Origin: Candidatus Cloacimonadales bacterium
Lineage (GTDB): Bacteria > Cloacimonadota > Cloacimonadia > Cloacimonadales > JAFGVF01
Direction: 5' to 3'
DNA length: 64,000 nucleotides
Assembly: GCA_963677495.2 (NCBI GenBank)
Contig: CAXXOU010000001.1
Coordinates: 896,001-960,000, forward strand
The notes under the pieces are model-generated. The model was given only the letters and a program-made list of their open reading frames with translations. It had not been told where the DNA came from and ran no database searches. The translations under genes were made by a program, and so were the position numbers. Below are positions 61,969 through 64,000 of the stretch, piece after piece (the stretch's first letter is position 1; the number at the start of each line of letters is the position of its first letter).

Positions 61969-64000
61969 ATGAAGAAAATTTCGATAGTTTTGTTAGTATG
62001 TCTATTTCTTAGTATCCTTAGTGCTGTAAAGATTGATTTAAACAAGGCAACTCTTGAAGAAATAAGAGAGTTACCAATCACAGAACAGCAGGCTAAAGAT
62101 ATCTATGAATACAGACAGTATGTAAAGTTCTTTGAAGATCTTTATGATCTCAGAGAGATAGAATCGATTGATCAGAAAACATTGCTCGAGCTTAGAAAGC
62201 TAGTAATCATAACTCATTATGATGAGATGGATGAAGCAGCGAAAAGGTTTGAGGAAGTTGATTATCTGATACAACGATTAGGTAGTAATGAAGGCTCATC
62301 CGAAGGTATCTCAGATATTTGGAGTGATTTCCTTATGAGCCCACAGAATGTTAACCATATGCTATTCGAAGACTTTATTAGTCTTCCGAATGTATCACCA
62401 ATAGATGCTGTTGCAGTACTTAAACGTAGAGCTAAAGGTGATACTTTGCAGGATAAGCGTGACCTTAAGCATACAAATGGTATCTCATATTATGGTTACT
62501 CTAATCTTAGACATTATGTCTTTTATAAGCAACCACCTGTGAAGAACAAATTGTTCTTTGATTACCAGTTTAAATATCATCTCTATAACTTCAGCGATGA
62601 CATAGAAGAGATGTTTAAGTCTGCTTTCTTACGTGATGCATATCCCAATCCTGCTCCTCATAGTACAGATTTAACATTATGGGGATATCTACAACTTGAT
62701 AAGTATTATCCGGAAACATCACATAAGTTTAGAGTCAGATATGGTAATAACCTTAAAATGGGTATGATGATTGATCAGCCCAAAGCTGAAGCAACTATTG
62801 ATGAAGCTGAAGGCGATGATGTGCTCTCAGATACAAAATACTTCGCTAAGTATGACCATAAGTTTGATTTCCTAAGCCGTCAAAACACATTAAGAATCAT
62901 TGCCGGTAACTACCGTGCTACTTATGGTGAAGGTTTGACTATGGAGAATACTGATTACTATAGCCCACGTAAGACAGGTTATGGTTTTGATAAGAGGATT
63001 TATGGTATCACAGAAGACCTTTCCAGAACTGAAGTAAATGCCCTAAAAGGTGTTGCATTAGAGTGGAAGAATAGTCTTTTCCAAACTTCATTCTTTGCAT
63101 CAAGAGATAAAAAAGATGCCTTTGTTTATATGGACAGATATGAAGATGAAGATGGGAATATCCATTCAGTGGCAAGAAAAGATGAGAACGGCAATTATGA
63201 AGTGTTTGGTTTAGTTAATTCAACAATCCGTTTCGAAGATGATGAGATGGAAGATGCAGAGGTATACTTTAATAATGAATTAGCTGCTGGTGGCTCTCAA
63301 TATACAAATGGATATATTAACTTAGCACCACGTAAGAACCTTGTAGATGAAACACTTTATGGTGGTCACTTACAGTTTAATCCTTTCATTGGAACCAGAC
63401 TCGGCATGACAACATACACTTCTTATTATAATAATGCTGAGATTATTATTCCTGAATATGATGAGTTGGGGCAAACAGTCTTAAGAGATGAATACAACTA
63501 TCAAAAAATAAAGATTGTAGATAGTGCAGTTTCTGACCTTTATGGTACAAAGACAGATGAGTATGACAGAGATTATAGACAGGTTGTTGGTTTTGACGGT
63601 ATGACTGTGTTTAACAATGTTTCACTTCAAGGTGAATACGCTGAGTTAACCAAAACAGGTGAACTAATGAAGCTTGGTGATGATCCCAATGCTTATCTTA
63701 TCAGTACTAGAGCTCAGTTTGACAACCTTTACCTTATCCTGCTTTATCGTGATGTACATGCTGAGTATGATAACCCCTATAGTAACTTCTTCTCAGAGAA
63801 ATCTAAGCTTGATGGCACTATCTTGGAAGATTCATACATGCTTACAAACCCAATGCTGAGTGACCTTGTAGAGAACAACTCTCAGAGTCAGCCTGAGAAG
63901 GGTTTTTATATTCAATCGCGCTATAAATTCAATAAGTATTTCACTCTTTCAAAACTCTATCTTGATGTGTTTGAGAGACAATCAGATCATAGAAGAACAT
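61969..64000 (+). CDS. Secreted helix-hairpin-helix (ComEA-like) domain protein with probable C-terminal beta-rich/outer-membrane region; runs off the window (absent from the ORF track)
   Basis: ATG 61969 after aagga; MKKISIVLLVCLFLSILSA signal, KIDLNKATLEEIRELPITEQQAKDIYEYR...DLREI HhH motif, second HhH (PQNVN...SLPNVS), later GNYRATYGEGL. Confidence 0.82.
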   Translation, partial: MKKISIVLLVCLFLSILSAVKIDLNKATLEEIRELPITEQQAKDIYEYRQYVKFFEDLYDLREIESIDQKTLLELRKLVIITHYDEMDEAAKRFEEVDYLIQRLGSNEGSSEGISDIWSDFLMSPQNVNHMLFEDFISLPNVSPIDAVAVLKRRAKGDTLQDKRDLKHTNGISYYGYSNLRHYVFYKQPPVKNKLFFDYQFKYHLYNFSDDIEEMFKSAFLRDAYPNPAPHSTDLTLWGYLQLDKYYPETSHKFRVRYGNNLKMGMMIDQPKAEATIDEAEGDDVLSDTKYFAKYDHKFDFLSRQNTLRIIAGNYRATYGEGLTMENTDYYSPRKTGYGFDKRIYGITEDLSRTEVNALKGVALEWKNSLFQTSFFASRDKKDAFVYMDRYEDEDGNIHSVARKDENGNYEVFGLVNSTIRFEDDEMEDAEVYFNNELAAGGSQYTNGYINLAPRKNLVDETLYGGHLQFNPFIGTRLGMTTYTSYYNNAEIIIPEYDELGQTVLRDEYNYQKIKIVDSAVSDLYGTKTDEYDRDYRQVVGFDGMTVFNNVSLQGEYAELTKTGELMKLGDDPNAYLISTRAQFDNLYLILLYRDVHAEYDNPYSNFFSEKSKLDGTILEDSYMLTNPMLSDLVENNSQSQPEKGFYIQSRYKFNKYFTLSKLYLDVFERQSDHRRT

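Noticed and set aside
479..63859. Numerous 60-150 aa ORFs antisense to or nested within long genes
   Set aside because: Shadow ORFs of well-supported CDSs with no independent evidence

Overview
A low-GC bacterial chromosomal segment from an anaerobe. The gene content (class III ribonucleotide reductase, many secreted proteins with FlgD-Ig/T9SS-like C-terminal domains) suggests Cloacimonadota or another FCB-group lineage; this is inference only. It holds ordinary housekeeping operons (radical SAM-rmuC-GH38-like; hlyIII-rsgA-nadK-recN-nfeD-SPFH; nrdD-nrdG; ybaB-recR; paired ABC exporters; serine dehydratase-fumarase-malic enzyme), one IS200 and one complete IS21 with a 7-bp target duplication. 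The most unusual content is non-coding. Islands between operons (about 6.85-7.75, 15.25-16.6, 22.4-22.95, 28.7-32.85, 35.3-35.85, 47.4-48.55, 51.1-51.6, 59.3-59.4 and 61.6-61.7 kb) are mosaics of at least 8 recurrent palindromic REP/REPIN/MITE-like modules. These include ~30-bp hairpin mini-elements nested inside other repeats and a MITE-like unit carrying two perfect DnaA boxes. Two paralogous secreted beta-helix genes sit inside homologous mosaics on both flanks, each preceded by the same orphan C-terminal gene tail. This suggests repeat-mediated cassette shuffling of secreted proteins. A giant lamin-tail/OB-fold surface protein and a helix-hairpin-helix protein at the right end may form an extracellular nucleic-acid capture module. 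No CRISPR, rRNA, tRNA or reverse transcriptase was seen.
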